Assembly (NCBI RefSeq): GCF_000143415.4
Contig: NW_003314340.1
Span: 193,141 to 257,140 of the forward strand
DNA: 64,000 nucleotides
Source of the DNA: Selaginella moellendorffii
Lineage: Eukaryota; Plantae; Lycopodiophyta
Direction: 5' to 3'
Both the position numbers and the translations under genes were made by a program. This document shows positions 58,050 through 64,000 of the stretch, one piece after another. The notes under the pieces are model-generated. The model saw only the letters and a list, made by a program, of their open reading frames with translations, had not been told where the DNA came from and did no database searches. Each line of letters begins with the position of its first letter. The first letter of the stretch is position 1.

Positions 58050-59870
58050 CCATTCTTCATGACAGTTACCTACATTAGGATCATAGCAATTTCATCTACT
58101 TTCTATCTATAGTCTTTGGTATTCATATCACTCCACTATAGCCACAAATACCTTTTGATAGCAGTAAAAATTATCCAAATCCATCATACTATTTACAATA
58201 AAGATTTTACAACATTGTAACATATTAGCACTTTTGGAGTGATGTTTCTTGAGCTAGCATCATCCAGCATATAAAGAATGCCCAAGCCATTTTTTTGAGC
58301 AAACTGACAATTGACAACACTTTTCTTTGGCCCTAAGCATTTATGGATAAATGCACCACTGAATAAGCAATGTTCCAACACTTTAAATTGTCCATAGTAG
58401 TTGTGACTTGTAATTTCAAGCCTCTTCACTATCATAACCATTCATTTCCACATTTTTGGCCTTATTCATTCCTTCACACTTTCACTCACTTTAGCATTTA
58501 CCACTATTGGGATCCATCACCATATTACTAAAACTTTTGAGGGTGACATTCTATAAGTTTGTAAACCTTGCATTTATAATCAAAATTTAGTTTTTGCTAT
58601 CATTTAGTCTCTTTACCTCTTTCTTTTTCTCTTTTTGTTTCATTTCTATTTTTTCTCTTTTTTTCCTCATTTTTTCTTCTTTATTTTTCCAAGTGTCTAG
58701 TTTGCATTTAACATTTATCTTATTGGGTTTTTCCCTCTAGTATTAAATTTTACACTACATTTCTCTTTATTTCTTTGTTTCTATTTCTCTTCTTTTCTTT
58801 TGGTTTTTTATTTTATTTTTCTTTCTTTGTTTGCATTTTTCTCTTTTGGGCATTTGAACAACATGATTTTTACAACTAGGCTGTGGGTTCTCTTTTCCCT
58901 AGAGCTTACTCACTCAATTGTTGTTGGTCACTTGTTGGGATGCAAAATATAGCTTAAAGCACTTAAAATAATTTTAATTCCTAAAATATCCTTATCTCTT
59001 TGTATAAAAGCCTAATGAGTGAATAACATTTATGATATTTAGGGCATTTGGTTGTGCAATGAAGGTGATGAAAGTTTGAGTTAGAAAGGTTAGGAAATAG
59101 CATTTATCTCCTAATAGTCAAAGTGCTTGAAGAGTGGCAGCATAACATTTCAAGGTATACATAGATAATGTGGGACTGAAACACTTATTGTCACAACCTA
59201 ACATTTGGGGAAAATAAGGTTGGTGGGGTAATGCTTTAATTAAGTTTGATTGCATAAGTTAGAGAAGATCAATATTGTGGCAAATACTATAATTTGGAAA
59301 GCAAGTCTGGAGTTGATGGTATCTAACACAATAACAACCTTCTAAAATAATATGTGGATAGTGTATAAGGACAATGAATCAACATAGAAGGTGTTGCTAA
59401 GGAAAAATGCGACATGAAACATTCTTTATTAAGACAATTTGCCTAATAAAGAGAAAGTAGGTTATATAAAATGTAATGGATTCATTTATTATAAAAAAAT
59501 GAGGGTGCATATTCCAAAAGAGGAAATAAGGAAATTAACATTAAAAAAATGTCATAACAGGCTTCTTAAGGGATATAATAAAGTACCCAAGACTATAGGT
59601 TTGCTCAAGAGAAGTATCATTGATTGAATATAAATAAAAATATACAAAACTATGTAAATACATGCCAAATATATTAGTAGTGAAAGTTATGACTAAAACT
59701 AGTGGGGTTTATAACAAAACCTCCCAATCCTTGATCATTCGTAGAAACTTTTTATAATGAACTTTATCACAAGATTCCCCCCAAGCAAGGGTTGTGAAAT
59801 GGTTTTTGAAAATGACATAATTTATACCCACAAAAAAAGTGAATGCAAAAGGTATGGTTGTGAGTGTTTG
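58050..59870. mobile_element. Highly decayed retrotransposon pol remnants
   Basis: AT-rich, stop-riddled stretches resembling RT (minus, ~58100-58560) and RNase H/integrase (plus, RVHIPKEEIRKLTLKKCHN, ~59000-59800). Confidence 0.45.
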
Positions 59871-59879
59871 GAATGTGAA

Positions 59880-61622
59880 TGTGAGTGATTGGAATATGGA
59901 AAAGAAATACAGAAAATGTGCATATCAATTAGCCCAAAAACCCTAGCTTATATACATGAGCGAGTGGTCCGAATTGAAACCAATTTGACGGCTACCAAAA
60001 CCCCACTACATTAATATTAGTATACGGCATCATAACTGTACACTTGGCCCTCACATCATCCCCTTTTCTCAGAATAATGGAAGACCATCAGAGTTCTCTT
60101 ATAGACAGGCCGAGATCTAAAGGAACGTTAGGAGGAGGTATTGGTGGATCTATAGGTGGTATTAACTACTTATGATCCCTTTGTATGAAGCGTTTCAACC
60201 ACTACACATGCACAATCTCCAAAGGATCGGCCTGCTGGATGTTATGCCGAACCTCATAAATTTGTGGTCCAACTTACCGCAACACCCGATATGGTCCTTT
60301 CCACTGTGCAAGGAGCCCCTTAGATAAACCATGTTTCGTAAGATGGGGAAAATAGACTAACACCAAATCATCCACTTTGTACTCTGCAAGTGGACGATGA
60401 TGGGAGTTATAACGCTGTTGTTGTCCCACTTGTATGCGGCCTAAGTGTTTTGTAGACTCAGCTTGAACAAGTAGAAGAATGCTCGTCAAATATTGATCCC
60501 ATGATCTAGCATCGGCAGCTCGTAGCAATCGTGAAGGTAAACCCAGCTCCATTAATAATATTGGATCATGATCATATAGAAGTTATATGGTGAAGCACCA
60601 ATAAAACTCTACACCCCTGTGATATATGCATACCAAAGAGACGGCAAATAACCATCCCAATCCAAATGTTGAAAGTTCATATATTTCACAATCATCCTTT
60701 TGAATGTCCAAACGAGCCGCTCTACCAGATCATTTGATTGTGAATGATAAGCACTCGTGAAAGTGTGGCGTATCCCCAACCGAGACATCAAAACATGAAA
60801 TGCCTCAGCCATAAATGTGGGACCATTATCCGAAAGAATCTGCTCTGGACAAGAATGCAGAAACACCACTCGATTGAGGAGGAAGTACCCAACAATAGTT
60901 GCAGAGTCGCTAATAAGAGCAGCAACTTCCACCCAACGAGTTAAGTAGTCAAAAGCAATAATAACATACTCATTGCTAGTAGTTAACCATGGAAAAGGTC
61001 CCATAAGATCAAACGCCACCAACTCAAATGGAAGGGAAATGGCAATTGACTCCAACCATCCTTTTGCAACACGAGGGGGAATATTACAAGCTTGGCACCA
61101 AATGTAACTACGCAAATACCGGATAATATCACGTCGCATCTCTGGCCAATATAAAGATCTGTGCAGCTTCTCGGTTACACGACAATGTCCCATATGCCCA
61201 CCGAGAACAGGAAAATCATGGTAGGCATGGAGAAGCCGCGGAATAAAGACAGAAGGCACCACCAACCATAAATGATCATCAGGATCTATCCCAAAAAAAT
61301 AAAAAAGGCTGTTTTCAAGGTGATATTGAGAATGTAAATGCCAAAATGGCAAGTCATCAGCAAGTCATCAGCAAGTGATGCAGGATTCTCAAATCCATCT
61401 CGAAGCCTTCGAATCCATGGCTCAATCTTTTGAGCCTTGCGAACCTCATCAAGAGAAGGTAGATCTTTCTTTGCACCTTGTGGACACTAAATATCAAGTA
61501 CAGCAACTACCGATGGCATAGAATCCTTGTCTAGAAAATCCACAGATGCTAGACCAATAGACTTGTCAGAAATACGATAAGAGAGTGGAGAAGGAAGAGG
61601 AGCTCGAGAAAGGGCATTAGCA
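59880..61622 (-). mobile_element. Second, older copy of the 172-bp-LTR Ty3 family (3' LTR + integrase)
   Basis: LTR 59880-60055; integrase ORFs 60274-60552 and 60609-61352 are paralogous to 12340-13506. Confidence 0.9.
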
Positions 61623-61955
61623 TGTAAGCGACTAAATTTTCCATTCTACTTTAGTCACTTAACCACACCTCTGACCACTTGGAGGAGTCTCACTCACAAC
61701 CTCTATAAGTCCTATTTCGGACTTGGGCTTGCTAGCCCCGAGAATGGCATCCCTGCCACTCAACCTTTGCACTTGGTCCAAGTGCTCCACGTGTCCGATC
61801 CCATGACCAACACCCCAAAGTACTATTGACATATCAGCCTGTTATGCTAAGGCCATGCCCCTTCATCTTGGTCACACTGGTGGTCTAACACCACCTGCAT
61901 CACAATCCCGTCTCTCAAGGACTGGGCCATCCATCCATGAGTGATCATCCCAGAT
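61623..61955 (-). mobile_element. 3' LTR and PPT of another LTR element nested in the previous one
   Basis: TGTAAGCG...GCATCACA at 61623-61904, followed by the rc purine tract ATCCCGTCTCTCAAG; interrupts the RNase H/integrase junction. Confidence 0.6.
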
Positions 61956-63750
61956 TGTCACGAATGTGACTTTGGGTATCGAAAGATACTTGTCGGCCAG
62001 TCCTTACGGGCACTCTTTCCTTACTACCACGACGGCAGGAGGTCGGTACTGTTGGTCCCTTTTATAGTCTCCACTCAAGCTAGTTGAGAAACTGGTCATC
62101 GCATGTGCACTTGACCAGATGAGCATAAGGACGGAATTCCTACATGCTATTTGTCAAGCATACTTGACTTGGTTAGAGAAACTCATTCGCTGACTTGCAC
62201 TTGCTAGTGTTGGGAACCCCCGTGATATTGAGACTAGTCCCTCAATATTCGATTGATGATAGCTTACCGTGTCTGCCAAACACCCTCGCTATCATGCCCT
62301 TAGTGTTGGTCTCATTTCGGTCCCATATACTATTTATGGAAAGTGTCTAGATTCGCTCATTTGGCATATCTACAGAATGTAGAGATCAGCCTGAACACAA
62401 TGGTGTTCGTCCCGTGTCCAAATTCGCAATCTAAGGCCATTCCATATTTAGTAAGTTTCGGACTTGTCCCAGAGACTAACTCCTGGTACTAAGGGAGGCT
62501 TGGGGTGAAATCCCAAAGCGTGTGTCCCTCAAGGGGGGGGGGGGGGGGTTCTAAATGTATAGTAGGGATAGTGGTTGGAATGCATGTCCGACCACCTGAG
62601 ACATTAGTTTGGCTCCCGTTGGGCTGTGTCGCTCTTTGTTCTGCGTCCGGCTTGGGTCTAAGCCCAAGCTCCACGCTGCTCTAGTCGGTGGAGTACCCTC
62701 CTCCTCACGTTGGGCCATCGGTATGCCAAAATTGTGCCAGACTTCGTCTGACACCATTTTGTGTGCAGGTGCTGGATACGGGGAGCTGGTGCTCGTGGGA
62801 TTGTACCGGACCCTCGTTTCGTAGTGCAACGGGCTTGGAGTTCGGCTCCAAATTCAGGTGTGCTACATTTGGTATCAGAGGAATTGTCTTAGCGATTTCT
62901 ATCCAACTTTTGTCAGATTTTCTGACTCAAGTTGCATACACAGAGACTTTTCTAGTAGATCCGAAGCGACCTGTGTAGGATTAGTTGGATAGCACCATTC
63001 GGTAAGAACGTTGTATGCATGTTCAGTTACTGATAGAGGCATGCATGCAGCTAGCAGGATGGTGAAGAGGAACCGTGCTGATGACGCTGAAACCTCTAGA
63101 CGGGCGAATCGAGAGGACGAAACTCCTGCTAGAGATGCTGTGGAAGGGGCTGAGGCCGAGTCGGAAGAGGATGAGCCAAATGCTGCAGCACTGCAGCGCA
63201 CGGCTCATGAAGTCAAGATCGAGAATTTGCGAAAGGAGATTCGCAAATTGAAGAAGGAGAACAAGAAGAGGAAGAAAGAAGCTGAGGCAGCTAAACCAGC
63301 CAAGCCTAAGCAACCGGACTCCTCCTCTAGTTCTGAGGACGATGAAGTTCTGTAGCCACCCCCGGTTGCACGAGTTTCAAAGTTCAAGCCTCCAAAACCA
63401 TCCAACTTCAGAGGCATGTGGGACTATCAAGTTTTGGAAGACTGGGTCTACGATATGGAAAACTATTTCATAGCAGCAGACGTAGATGATCGTACGAAAG
63501 TTGCGTGCGCGCAATCCTTTCTCACCGATCATGCCAAAACTTGGTGGTGCCAGGTGTGTGCTGAAAAAGGGCAGACTAGAAGTTGGACCAAGATGCGGTC
63601 TCGTATCCGTAAGGAATACTTGCCGGATAATCTTGGTCTGAGACTTTGCGCAAAGCTGCGGCGGTTAAGGACCTTATGCATTACGTTAATGCGTTTGCTC
63701 AGAAGCGCATTATGATTGCAAATATGAGTGACGAAGATGCTCGAAGCTCT
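61956..63750 (+). mobile_element. 5' LTR, Met-PBS and degenerate gag of a further nested LTR retrotransposon
   Basis: LTR TGTCACG...GCTACA at 61956-62867 (homologous to solo LTR 11247-12376); PBS TGGTATCAGAG at 62870-62880; gag-like KPPKPSNFRG..EDWVYDMENYF at 63011-63715. Confidence 0.85.
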
Positions 63751-64000
63751 ATTTCGTTAAAGTGGGAATTGTCATTATCCCACTTGTAAAATAAGGTTTC
63801 CAAACCTTTATATAGTATATAAATATAACAAAATTCAATTGCATTGAGGCACATGCCATTTTATTTTAAACAAGGAAATGTCTACTCAATCACTTCTCCT
63901 CCCCTTGCCACTGCTTCACCTCTCTCTTCTCCTTGTCATCGTCGTCCAATTTCTTTCCATCCTTTTAATATTAAGCTCTATTTCGTTAAAGTGGGATTTA

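Overview
Eukaryotic plant nuclear DNA. The very short introns and intergenic spacers, intronless PLS-type PPR genes and Tcn1-like chromovirus point to a lycophyte such as Selaginella (inference, not a database match). Both ends are nested LTR-retrotransposon piles. At ~1-17 kb, a GH3 pseudogene is interrupted by a TRIM array, a Ty3 element, a chromovirus and a 5S-bearing Cassandra-like TRIM, and is followed by a full-length tRNA-Ala-primed Ty3 element carrying a solo LTR. A second nest lies at ~58-64 kb. The gene-dense middle holds a GH28 remnant, class I chitinase, PPR genes, phosphoacetylglucosamine mutase, an FBH-type bHLH, a SYP12 syntaxin, a DnaJ-type zinc-finger gene, tRNA-Val(CAC) and a conserved unknown gene. 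Four things stand out. (1) Two tandem PPR-E-DYW deaminase genes begin with 'FGKHKG...YLxW' (DUF3820/ExoX-C-like) modules instead of an obvious transit peptide. (2) A ~5 kb + 5 kb inverted duplication carries twin secreted 10-Cys hevein-like peptide genes with an unusual Cys pattern. (3) The chromovirus shows a Tf1-style self-priming structure. (4) A circularly permuted 5S-carrying TRIM unit is flanked by TACCA repeats. All coordinates and alignments were read by eye.
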